DNA of 64,000 nt from Eledone cirrhosa. Taxonomy: Eukaryota. Positions 52,036-64,000 of this stretch are shown in pieces; the stretch's first letter is position 1, and the number at the start of each line of letters is the position of its first letter. The stretch covers positions 92,504,001 through 92,568,000 of the forward strand of contig OZ024742.1 of NCBI GenBank assembly GCA_964016885.1. The letters run 5' to 3'. The position numbers were made by a program, and so were the translations under genes. Below the pieces are notes generated by a model, which worked only from the letters and a program-made list of their open reading frames with translations, was not told the origin of the DNA and ran no database searches.

Positions 52036-53929
52036 GTTTTATTATAGAAATGACTTCTACAGAACTAGAACTGTTTCATTTGTAAGAAATCATCAGGGAA
52101 TATATATGGGTTGTTCAAAGTAGCTAATACCAGGTTAATTGGCCTGATATATATTACCACCCTGTCTATGCATGGCCCCACCATAAAATGATTAGACCCA
52201 ACCCAATACAACCATTCACTGGCTTGATAATTAGTAAACTGATACTGTTATATGTGTATGTATATCAGTATGATGCTGGAGGCCCTAGCAATGAAAATGT
52301 TCTGATTTGAGTCCTCACATCTGATGAGCAGATCAATACTAGTATCAGATCTATCACATTGATAAAAACCTAGAGCCAATCATCTGTGAAGCATATGTAA
52401 CATTCGATGTGGAATACAAACATTTTCAAGTGAAACTTCATTCTTTCATACATTAAATATATACATAACTGTCAGAAGATATAATAGAATACTGAATATC
52501 ACTTAAATTTAAAAAAATAAATAAAACAATGTTTATATGAATCTAGCACACACATACATATATGTATATAATGCATGCAAGCATGGAAAAATTGATTTTA
52601 AACGATGATGATGATATATATATATAAAGTGTTATACTAATATAGTTTTTCATTGTACTGTGTTTGCTTTGTTGTTTCCATTTTTTGCACACATACAGAA
52701 ACACCTACCCATGCTAGTGTGGAAAATGGATGTTAAACGATGAAGATGATGATATATATAGACATACACACACACACACACACACACAATATTACTGTGT
52801 AATGGCATTGAAGGGATATACTCCGGCTTCTTGGCAGCATATTGTCCTGTAAATAACTTCAAACTGACAGCCAACATGCAAATCAGCTCAAATAAACTAA
52901 CTACTGTAAAAAAATAATAATAATGATAAAAATTCTAAATATTCCTTCTAAGCTGTTTAGAGTGAGATTTTTAATGGTGTCCAGCAGATGATAGTATTTT
53001 GGATTTGGATGAGAAGTAACATGCACTAAAATGCTACCTGTCATATGAGGGGTAATTTATGGAAAATACTTTTGATACTTAGCTTAACATCATGTGATAT
53101 TACACAGGTAAAATAATTACAATTTTTTTTTCAAATTTCAAGATGTGTATACGAAATAGTATGAATAATAATTTTGAAAATAGAAATATAGTGTTATAAA
53201 GCATTTGGCTAAAATAATTCATAATCCCATGCTCTAACACTATAAATATAGTTCTAAAGAAAGCAGAAATTTGAGAAAAGGAAAAGAAAAATTGAGAAAT
53301 GGAATATATATTTTTGCATTCCAGGAAAAATGTATATTGTACAAATCTAAGCATTCACACTTCATTCAAAAGTTACTACACACACACACAAATTTAAAGG
53401 ATATTTCAAAAAATCTTTTTTGTAAGGGTTGGACAGGTTTTTACAGACCGAGTCAGTTCTAAAGTGGGACTACTTACCTCTCAGATGGGCTGTGGGCCTG
53501 CATCTTGCTTACATATGACTGTGCACTCTACCAAGTGCATTTTATCCTGATACCAACACTAGAGAGGTTGTTATGTCTTTGACACAGATAAAGGATCCTC
53601 TCGACTAGTGTGAGTATTAAAGATGCAGTTAATAGTCCCCAATATGATAATCTTATTGACAACTCTCATTAAATATGTAGGCATTTAATACTGCTGGCAT
53701 GGGACCACATTGGATAAATAAGCTCTACAAACTTATTCTGGACACAAAACTCTTCTTTCATAACCTACCTCCTTTCCCCATCAAACAATTATTAATTTAG
53801 TGAATAACTACATAAATAAAATAGATAATGCCAAATAGAACTGAATTATAATAAGGTATTAATATTTAAGAAAAGTGGATATTTATAGTGCTGCTGTAAG
53901 AAATGTAAACCCGAGACATTTGTGCAGGA

Positions 53930-54500
53930 GAAAAAGGAAGGCAAATTGGTTTATGGAGAAAAGTTAAGGCAAACTCATTTATGGAGAATGTAAGGCAAGC
54001 TGGTTTATGGAAAAAAGTAAAGCAAATTGCTTTATGGGAAATTTAAGGCAAAGCAAAGTGCTTTATGGAAAATTTAAGGCAAAGCATAGTATAAAGAAAT
54101 CTAAGATAAACTGCTTTAAGGAGAAAGTTAAGGCAAACTAATCTATAAGTAAATATAAAGAAATGTAAAGCAAACTACTTTATAAAGAAAAGTAAGCCAA
54201 ATTGTTTCATAGGAAATTTAAAGCAAACTACTTTATAAGAAAATATAAAGAAAAGTTAAAGCAAACTGCTTTATAAGGAAAATAGAGAAAACTGCTTTAT
54301 AAGGGGTAGAGTGGAAAAGTGGGGCAAACCCCTTTATGGAGAATATCAAACTGTTTTATAGGAAAAGGTAGGGCACTCTGCTTTATAGAGGAACATGAGA
54401 TAAAAAATCTTTATAAGGAAAAGACAAACTGTTTTATGGAGAAAGGTAAGGTAATCTATAAAGCAAATTACTTCATGGAAATTGTAAAGCAAACCATTCT
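53930..54500. repeat. Degenerate ~30-bp tandem array
   Basis: Recurring aaggcaaactgctttat(g/a)gagaaa motif. Confidence 0.75.
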
Positions 54501-57500
54501 AAGGAACATGCAGGTCTTGGTGTTGTCAGAAGTAAAGTGGGAATGTGTTACATAACAAATAATATATCTTTGATGAATATTAAAAGATAAAAAGTGTTAG
54601 TGAAGGATTAAATAAAAATCACTTTTTAAGAATATTAGTGTTGGAATATCTTAAAGAGTTGAAGGTGAAGAGTAAAGTTGGTTTAATTCAATATTATTAT
54701 CATTATCTATATTGTTGTTGATGTTTTACACCTCCATTTATCACACGGCACCATGAACAAAATGCTTTCTGCTCTTTTATTTGGAATAATTGCTGTTGTT
54801 TTAAATCCCAGGTAGGTACCAAAAACTACATCATATCCTCCCAACCCTTTGTTTGGCAGAGTTTCTACAGCTGGATGCCGTTCTTAACAGCAACAACTCT
54901 ACAGAGTAAATTCAGTATATCTAGGATTGCATTATCCTGTATGACCTTGTTTTTTTGAAATGGTAGAGTGGGAGCTGAAGATTTTGGCTGCTATTTCTAG
55001 CAAGTCTAGCTACCTCATTGGTTTATTTTGAAAGTCATTTTTCACAGCTGGATGCTCTTTTTACTCATAACCACTGAAATATTGAACCTATTGCCAATCA
55101 GACAAACCAAGACAAGCAGAATCACACCCCTGCCTACAGACACAACAACATGAAAAGTAATAATACAATTTGAATCAATAACTTAACCTCACTACCATTG
55201 TACCCTAATTTTCTATGCTAAGTAACAGAGATGTGAGGTTTCTTACAATGTTGAACTTAAGCAAGTGTTTTATATTATATAGCCTTGGACCTAGCAATGC
55301 TTTAGTAGATGGAAACTGTGTGGAAGCCAGTTGATTTGCTTACCAGTAATTAACAATGTAAAGCCTCCATTCAACAAAAGGTAAATGAGCCAATGAGAGA
55401 TTATGTGGTCGCTTGATTTGCTTGAAATAGCATCCAAATCTCTATTAAATTACACCCTACTCTCTTACAAAAAGAAGAGTACATTATATAGTGTAGTAGT
55501 AGATACACTATGTCAGATTAAAGACAGGTTGATTACAGCTGGAAAAGAACACCTTTGATTATAGGTCTGCTCAATCATGGCTTTTTTTATCATTCAGTCA
55601 GGAGGAAAGCCTCTAAGACTGGTAAGTACGTACGAGTGAGGATGATATCCTCAAACTGGATACCTAGTTCAAACGATCATAACAGAATGGACTCTGCTAC
55701 AGACATGCAACAGCCAAATATTAGGGATAAAATCAAGTGACGGATTATGTCTACCACTCAAATAGGCCATAGTAGAATTTAAACTCAGAATACAAAGACC
55801 CAGAACAAAGCCATCCCATCAAACACTAATACTTCTGCCAATTTGATGTCTGGGGCTAAACAACAATTGGAATGAGCTAATGAAGAAGCAGAAAATTTCT
55901 ACACAGCCTTGCTTAAACTGCTATAATTAGCAGCCAAATCTCCTTTAAATCCCCACACCATATCAGCTTATAAAAGGATGGACACATTGCAAGATGTAGT
56001 CTCAGATATACTAAATCTGAAAAAGAAAATGGATGAGATAGCTATGTTTGGAAAGTCTTTGATAATGTATCTGCTAAGTTGTTAAGAAGTTCACTTCACA
56101 ATGAAAATAATCCAGGTTTCAGTATGGCATCTTAGGCAACTGTCGAGTCAGCCCAAACTTTCTGATTGAAGTTCAGGAGACAGAAGCTGTATGGAAGCTC
56201 ATTGGATAGATTACACCTGGTATTTAAAATTCAAGTCTTGTCACACCCTGTCATGGATTTGGCCTGTGAATTCTGACAAGCTCCTAGTTCTACAATACAA
56301 AACTGTTTATTTTAAAATGATTATATTTTATCTAAAATCCTTCCATCATATCTTATGTAAGAATCTGTAGAAGATCACGCCATCTAGCGTCGACTGCCTA
56401 CACAGTCGATTAACTGCCCTTAGTTCTGACGTCAGTGGCTGAGACAAACACTTGGACAATAACACTTGAAGACAATAGACGTGCGATAATCACGCAGCGG
56501 CTCAAGAGATGACACCAACACCATGTGGCAGTATTTGACGTTTTAAACATATTCCCAACCTAGGAGCATTAATGTATTCGTATATATTTTGTAATTGCTC
56601 CTACATATAAAAAATGTTTTTTGTAACAAATTGAGGTATGTCTTTATTCCTTGTTTGAAATGTGCCAGTAAACCATAACCAATTAGACAGGATGACTGAC
56701 GACCACCTTCTGCATAAAAATCTTTGTTAAGTTATGCTCTAAACACCAACTTAATAAATGTGAAAGTTATTATATTTCTTAATCACTCAAAATTCTTGAT
56801 TAATTTTAAAATCAACGGCAGTGTTTTTCATTAAAAATACAGTAATGAAAGAGTTAAACTGTATATATGCCTGTGGAAAATTTTTCAATTGATTAACAAA
56901 TTGGACATTCATAACTGAATTCTCTGCATCAAAACTGATGAAGAATCCTTCATCACATTCATGTGTGCCCAGTCACAGCTGACCTTGTGACAACTAAATA
57001 ACAACATCAACAACAATGTGAATAATGGCTATATGAAATGACCATAACAAGAAGAAAATTAAACTGAAGGTGTAGATAGACGAGAAACTAGATAGAAAGT
57101 ATACAAGCAGTTGAAAAAAGCTAATTGAACAAAAGTCAATTAAAACAATGCACTGCTGTCTCAAGACAAAGAGTGATTGTAAGAATGTTAATTTGCTTAC
57201 AAAAATATTAGTTGATAGGATTATTATCAGTAAAATAGAAAGGGTTATTCAATCAGGGCCTAGAATAATAAAAAACAAGAAAAAAAAGGAAAGAAAAGGT
57301 AGTTTTAATTAGATTGTTTAATTTCATTCTTAAAGTATAGCATATGTAGGTAATGAAACAGGAGAGAAAGAGAGAAAAAAATTACAGTGAGACCAATTTG
57401 GAAATTTGACTTGAAGGCCCTGTACACATACATAAGCTAAGAACCACTTTATGTGTGAGTGCATGTATGTGTGAGTGCATGTATATGTGAGTGCATGTAT

Positions 57501-57610
57501 GTGTGTGTGAGAGAAGAGGACAAGACTAAAGAGAAGAATGTAGAAATGGGCAATAAACAGTAAAGACACAAGGAAGTATGGAGAGTGACACCTGCCATTG
57601 TTTTACTTAC

Positions 57611-57766
57611 CTCTTATGTTTGGCTCGTTTCAGTGTGACTGTTGAGGAACATATGAGTGGAGTTAACTTATCCCGGATACTGTGGAATGTTCTCTCCATT
57701 TCTCTTTGGTATTCCTTTTGTTCAAATGTTATCAATGTCTTGTTTCTCTGTAAAGCATCCCAGCAT
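57611..57766 (-). CDS. DOCK7: DOCK-C family GEF exon (end of DHR-2)
   Basis: ctacag|(R)CWDALQRNKTLITFEQKEYQREMERTFHSIRDKLTPLICSSTVTLKRAKHK|gtaagt; cf. DOCK7 [27 protein letters not shown]. Confidence 0.95.
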
Positions 57767-57894
57767 CTGTAGAGTAGAAACAGAAAAACATGTATATATA
57801 ATCATATTGCCAAAATGTATGCATGTCAAACATTTTTCTGACCATTTCATCTATATTATATGTCCTGCTTGAAATATATAGCATTGATATAGTA

Positions 57895-58078
57895 ATATTG
57901 TTTCTACTTTTGGCACAAGGCCAGCAATTACCCAGTGCATTACTGGTACTTTATTTTATTGACCCCATAAGGATGAAAGGCAAAGTCAACCTTGGCAGGA
58001 TTTGAACTCAGATTGTAAAGGGACGTAACTATGCTGGAAAGCATGGCGTCCGACCCTCTACCGATACTGCCAATCCAC
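57895..58078 (-). mobile_element. SINE (same family as 22947-23133)
   Basis: Reverse-complement match along nearly the full length. Confidence 0.85.
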
Positions 58079-59228
58079 TCTGTATACAGTATCATGATGA
58101 TGATGAATTGGTGGAGTCATTAGAACATTGGATAGAGCACTTAGCAGTATTTGTTCCAGTTCTAAATACTCTGAAATGAAATTCCACCAGGGTCATCTTT
58201 CATCTTTTCGAAGACAATGAAAAAAGTGCCAGTTCAGTACTAAGGTCAATTTTTCCACTATATCTCTTTCTTACTTCCTCTCTCTCTCTTTTCATGGAAG
58301 AATTTGACTGTGTTCAAACCAGGAGAGGGAATGGGTTCTGACAGGTTTAAATTGCCCGAGATACACCGCATGTCTCTATGGTACCCATATGACTCCTTCA
58401 GGAGCTACATCTCCATACAGATTTTTGATGAGGAGACAAAAATCTTCAAAATAAATAAATGTGATCCCTTATATTTTTCTATTTACAGAGGAATAGTGGG
58501 ATATGTTTACACTTCATTCTTTTGACAACAAGACTTCATCATCATCGTCATTTCAAATTTGTTCGCCAGCTAGCAAGGGTTAGACAGGTTGCCACAAACT
58601 GAATTGGTACTTAAGTAGATGGACAAGAGGAAGCTTCACCTCATTTACATATATTCCAGCACCCTACTGAGTGCTCAGGTGGGCCAGGGATCTGCATTAC
58701 ACTTACATATGTTCCTATACTCATTCAAAAACTAGTATTCATTGAGCACTTTGCTGTTTTATATAGAATAAAGAACAGCATCTAATTGGTCCGTTTACAC
58801 AAAACAGTAAATTATCATCATTTTATGTTAACTTTCCATGATAGCAGGGCTATGATGGTCGTCACGGTCAGTCAGAAAACCACATGCCTAAGTTCCATTT
58901 TTGACATGGTTCCTATGGCTGGATGCCTTTTCTAACATGAATCCCTTTACAGAGTGTACTGGGTGCTTTTTATCAAGGAAAGATCGTTATCTTCTCAGCA
59001 GGACCAAAGGGTTCCCTCAATCCTATTTACAAAAATGTACTGAATGTATCTATTGAGATAAATAAGTCTGTTATTTCTAGCAGGTTTATCAACCATGTAG
59101 ATGTTTCCTAGTTGACTTGTCAATAATGCCATTTAAAATTTAGGTAGATTATAGCTAGCAATGATAATTGATGATGACAATGAATTGAAAAGACAAAACA
59201 TAAAACCTTTTCCTTCTCCTTTTATTAA

Positions 59229-59458
59229 CCCTTTTGTTACCGCTTTTCTCATGAAATAAACTGCCTATGGTTTTCAAATATTAAAAAATAATAAACAAAA
59301 AATGGAGGGATTTAGTAATATAACTACCTTTTTCGTTATTAAATTGATGCTTAGAACATAACTTAAGAAAAGGAGATTACAAAAATTGTTTTCTTAAATT
59401 TAAACATGAACACTACAATGAAGAAGGGGTGTTTACAGGCAGGTTGGTATCAAATGTG
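59229..59458. mobile_element. piggyBac-type MITE
   Basis: ttaa-cccttttgttacc ... ggtatcaaatgtg-ttaa; related copy at ~42143-42277. Confidence 0.65.
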
Positions 59459-59493
59459 TTAAGATAAAGAAATAAAATCTGTGAGGACATTAC

Positions 59494-59597
59494 CGTTTCA
59501 AAAATTCTTTGAAGCATAATCTAAGTTTGTTGTGATGTTTGCCATGGGTTTGATTTGGTTCTGCTTTAAGGAATACAAGAGCAATTTCTACTGGACC
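59494..59597 (-). CDS. DOCK7: DOCK-C family GEF exon (DHR-2)
   Basis: gtacag|[34 protein letters not shown](R)|gtaatg. Confidence 0.96.
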
Positions 59598-59877
59598 CTG
59601 TACATAAAAAAAAAAGGAAAATAATGTGACAAAATGAAATTAATATGTAACTACAACAGCAGCTTATGACGGAATCTTTTTAGATAACTATAAACACTTT
59701 AAAAGCAATAATTTTGTATCATGGAACCAGAGTCAATTTCAAGCAGTTTGGTATCAAAGGGTTTAATCTAAGTGCAGAGGTTATGTCACAGCTGGTTCAC
59801 AGACTGGGTGAATAATGTTACAATATCAAAATTATCCACAATTTAACACCTCAGTACAAACTTAACTGCAGCCATAC

Positions 59878-60021
59878 CTGATTTACTGTTGTTCCAATGC
59901 AACCTTGTAGCACCATCTGTAGCATCTTGGGGTCAGGTGGTTCCTGAGTTAGTGCTAGCGCTAATTCTTTGGTCTTCTTTTGTATGTCTTCTATTGCTAC
60001 TTCAATAGGTGAAAGAATAAT
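59878..60021 (-). CDS. DOCK7: DOCK-C family GEF exon (DHR-2, nucleotide-sensor region); upstream exons not found in this window
   Basis: ttccag|[48 protein letters not shown]|gtatgg; near-identical to DOCK6/7/8 '[32 protein letters not shown]'. Confidence 0.97.
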
Positions 60022-60624
60022 CTGGAAAATATAAAAACAGTATTATAAATGAACAGCTTAAGGTAAATTATATCAGACATTAGAAAACACATGTATTGAT
60101 ATACCATCTCCTTTTTGACATAATATTTTATAACTGGATGCTATTTCTGATGCCAACCTTTATTGTTTATAAGCAAAGTTTAAAACACTCATGCTTCCCA
60201 AAATATGCCAAAACTACACCTGATGTACCCCTTCCATACACATGCACACATGTGTATATCATGACTCATGCACTGTTCATTTTCCTGACGTTTGTACATT
60301 ACCCTATGTACTATGCATACACTTTTTGATGAGTTGTAGTGCACCTGAGCACTGTACACAATATTTCATTATTATTATTATTGATCCTTGCATGTCAAAT
60401 TGCTTGTCTTTTACTCTTTTACTGGTGTCAGTCATTATACTGCAGTCATGCTGGGGCACCATCTGGAGTATAGAAAACACTTGCCCAAGGTACCATGCAG
60501 TGAGATTAAACCTAAAGAAAACTCCTTAACCACACAGCCATAACTTTGCCTATATGTAATTTGAGAAGGATAGGCAGGTGCTCTCTATAGTAAAATCAGT
60601 AATGCCAGTCACTCCACAATGGTT

Positions 60625-63483
60625 CATCATCATCATCATCATCACCGTTTTACGTCCGTTCTTCCACGCTAGCATGGGTTAGACGGGTTGTCCTGTTGTG
60701 GGCAGTGTCTGGTCGGCTGACCATGCCTTGCTCATACAGGAACTGATCTGGCTTGATTTCTACAGCTGGATGCCCTTCCTAACACCAACCTCATTTACAG
60801 TGAGTGCTGGGTGCTTTTCCGTGGCGCCTACACGTCCACTTTACAGTGTGGGCTGGGTGCTTTTTTGCCGTGACACCTCCACGACCACCTTGCAGTGTGA
60901 GGGTGTGGGGGCATATTGTCTATATGCTTCAGCTTGTACCCATGGGAGGTCGGGTACTCTGTATTACTGCGTGACGCCAGAGGTCACGGTCGTGTGTCAT
61001 CGCCTTTGAGAGGTGTAATTGGGTAAGGTCGGCTTTTATCACCTCATCCCAGGTCATCTTGGGTCTCCCCACTCCGCGGTTTCCATCGACTTCTAGTGCT
61101 CTGCACCTTTTTATGCAGCTGTCATCCTTCATACGCATCACATGTCCATACCAACACAACCGCCTCTCCTGCACACAGCATTTGATTCCTCTTATGCTCA
61201 GTCTCTCTCTCAATTCATTTATGCTTTGTCGTTCGCTTATATTACTATTACACATCCATCAGAGCATGCAGGCTTCGTTTCTCTCTAATCTACGTAATTC
61301 TTCCACCTTCAGCGCCCAGATCTCACTACCATGTAACATTGCTGTTCGGATACACGCATCATACAATCTGCCTTTCATTTTGAGGGAGAAGCCTTTTGCA
61401 GCTAGCAGTGGCAGTAGTTCCCTGAACTTCTTCCATCCCATTCTTACCATAGTTATTGTATTTTCTGAACACCCACCTCCGCTGCTAATTCGGTCACCTA
61501 GGTAGCAGAAGCTGTCTACTGTCTCTACAGAGCCTTCCCAGAGATTGGTGGTACTTGTTTCCTGTGGCTGTTTGCTGCTTGCTGTCTCAGTACAGCTGCT
61601 GCATGTGAAGCCTACATTCTTAATTAAGCTTCCTAAGATCCCGCTACATCTCTTGTGTACCCATTGTTTGCATTTGGGGCAGAGAATGGAGTTCCTACCT
61701 ACACCTTTCCTACATACTGAGCAAGGCCATTTCCCTGAGGGGATCTGGGTTCTGTTTTCTCGTCTACTTACAAGGACCTTAGTCTTTGTCATGTTGACTT
61801 TGAGACCCTTTCTTTCTAGTCCCTGCTTCCAAGTTTGGAATTTCTTCTCTAGTTCTACCATAGATTCAGCTATAAGTGCGAGGTCATCAGCATACAGGAG
61901 TTTCCATGGGCATCCGGTCTTAAACTTCTCCGTTATTGCCTGCAGGACTATGATGAACAGGAGAGGGCTAAGAACAGAGCCCTGGTGGACACCAACCAGT
62001 ACGCTAAATTCCTCGCTATACTCATTGCTAATCCTAACTTTGCTGACTGCTCCCCTATACATGGCTTGTACAGCTTTCACAAGCCATTCATCTACTCCTA
62101 GTTTTCTAAGAGCCCACCAGATTATAGCACGTGGAACTCTGTCAAAGGCTTTCTCGAGATCGACAAATGCCAGGTAGAGTGGCTTACTTTTAGCTAGATA
62201 CTTTTCCTGTAACTGCCTCACAAGGAAGAGGGCATCAGTCGTGCCTCTTCCTGGTACAAACCCAAATTGCATCTCATCTAGTTTCACCTGGTCCCTAATC
62301 AACTGTGCTATAACTCTTTCTGTTACTTTCATGACCTGGTCCATCAGCTTTATACCTCTATAGTTTCCTCGATCGAGTGCATCACCTTTACCTTTGTAGC
62401 AGTTGACAATGATGCTACTGCACCAATCTTTTGGTATGACACCTTCTAGTATTACCTGGTTAACAATACGTGTGGTTATAGTGTGACCTACAGACCCAGA
62501 TGCCTTCAGCATCTCGGCAGCTATACCCGATGGACCGGTTGCCTTCCCCATCGTCATATCTTTGATTGCCTTACTACGCTGCTGCTTACTTGTACTGCTG
62601 GCCCCTCTATAGGGTCTACTTGGGGGTAGGGTCTCTTCTTCCCATGCATTCTCCTCATTTAGTAATCTATCATAATGACTCTTCCATGCATCTTTCTTCT
62701 CAGCACTTGTGAGGGCAAGCTCACCTTTATCATTCCGGATACATTTCTCTCCAATGACATCACAATTCTCTCTGACACACTTCCTCGCAACCTTGAACAC
62801 CTCCTGTTTCTGGTCCTCACGTTGCAAAACATGCTTGAATTTTCTATCCTCTGCTTCCCTCCTAGCTAAGTATACTTGTCGCCTCGCTTCCCTCTTGGTC
62901 TCTATGTAATGTACCCTGCTCCCCCCGTTCTTCCATTCTTTCCATGCCTGTCTCTTGGCCTTAACTGCCTCATCTACCTTATTGTTCCACCACCAAGTCA
63001 CTCTCCTCCTGCTTGTGGTCTTACTCCAGCCACAAACCTCATCCGTCGCCTCTAGTAAGTTATTTTTTAGGAACTCCCAGTGCTCTTCTACATTGAATGT
63101 CTCTATCTGTTCTTCTCTACTGTCGTAGGCGTTGAGTAAAATATCTTTAAATCTGTTACTGGCTGAGGGGTCTTTCAGCTTCCAGATCTTTCTTCTCCAG
63201 GCTGGCCTCTGTTTCCAGGTTCGTCTAGTTCTGACCGTGAGGTCGCTGACAACTAAGCTATGTTGGGAGGTACATTCCTCACAGGGAAGGCTTTTGTGTT
63301 TCCGACCGTCCATCTGTCACGTCCTCTATCTGACTAGAATGCTCCCCTGATCTATAGGTGATCAGGTGGTTGTCGGGTTTTTTGAAGTTTGTGTTACATA
63401 TCGACATGTCATTGGCGTCGCAGAATTCTAGAAGTCTAAATCGTTCTTCATTTCTTGTGCCAACCCCATGGCCTCCATGGACT
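60625..63483 (-). mobile_element. Young 5'-truncated RTE-clade LINE (partial APE, RT with internal PHD-like Zn finger, 3' UTR, (ATG)n tail) in a DOCK intron
   Basis: 684-aa ORF with YRGIKL, QFGFVPGRGTTDA, FVDLEKAFDRV, GVHQGSVLSPLLF, YADD, CSVC..CPKC..H..C..CSSC; one premature TGA at 61259-61261, after which the ORF continues to 60929. Confidence 0.95.
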
Positions 63484-63557
63484 CTATTTAATAATATAAC
63501 TTTCTCACTTTTAACCGGGTGTTTAGAGCATATATGTAAGTATGATAGGTTTTAGAC

Positions 63558-63864
63558 CAGTGGTTCCCAAACTTTTCCAAATTTTTTTCTCGGCAGTCCC
63601 CTTACCATTTTTTGGATGCCTCACGGTCCCCTATCATATTATGGCAGCATTTCCAAAATTTTTCAAAGACAAAATTTTATGAAATGCATGACAATTTTAC
63701 TACAATTTTATTTAAGTAGTATCAAAATGCTCAAAACTGCTATCATGTTCGATGCTTTCTAAATGTTTATTCAAGAAAAATTGCTTCCTAGATTTAAAAC
63801 TTCAATCTCAGTATACCATAAAAATTTGGCTCAGTCTTCGCAGTCCCAAGTTTGGGAACTACTG
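63558..63864. mobile_element. hAT (Charlie-type) MITE
   Basis: TIRs cagtggttcccaaactt / aagtttgggaactactg; perfect 8-bp TSD ttttagac at 63550-57 and 63865-72. Confidence 0.92.
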
Positions 63865-64000
63865 TTTTAGACAAATATAAACACATTAAAAAACAAACAA
63901 GTTAATATCTTAAAACCAGGGATGGTTTGAGACAACTTGATAACAAAAGTGTTAAAACAAAAAAAGATGAAAAGTGATAAAAAATGGAAGGAAGAAGAGA

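Noticed and set aside
61059-62177. Plus-strand ORFs of 148 and 210 aa
   Set aside because: Antisense shadows of the RTE ORF

Overview
Eukaryotic, AT-rich, repeat-dense animal DNA. The repeat landscape (RTE LINEs with (ATG)n tails, tRNA-derived SINEs, Penelope remnants, long (TA)n tracts) suggests an octopus/coleoid cephalopod; this is an inference. Three spliced genes can be assembled by hand from GT-AG sites with consistent phases. (1) A complete but divergent syntaxin-5 on the minus strand: 10 coding exons, 27825->7095, 336 aa, with a probable non-coding first exon near 34.7 kb. (2) A divergently oriented 4-exon plus-strand gene (37973->42489, 267 aa) encoding a stand-alone ZNF451-type PIN/NYN-like nuclease domain behind a very Arg-rich N-terminus. 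(3) The last four coding exons of a DOCK-C (DOCK6/7/8-like) GEF on the minus strand (60021->51882). The rest is transposon-derived (CR1-like and RTE LINEs, Penelope-like elements, mariner/Tc1, piggyBac and hAT MITEs, SINEs) plus a ~3.26-kb 41-bp minisatellite. Notable non-coding structure: hammerhead-ribozyme motifs inside long inverted repeats in the putative STX5 first intron (28.5-29.7 kb), and a SINE that shares its 3' tail with the RTE LINE in the same window.
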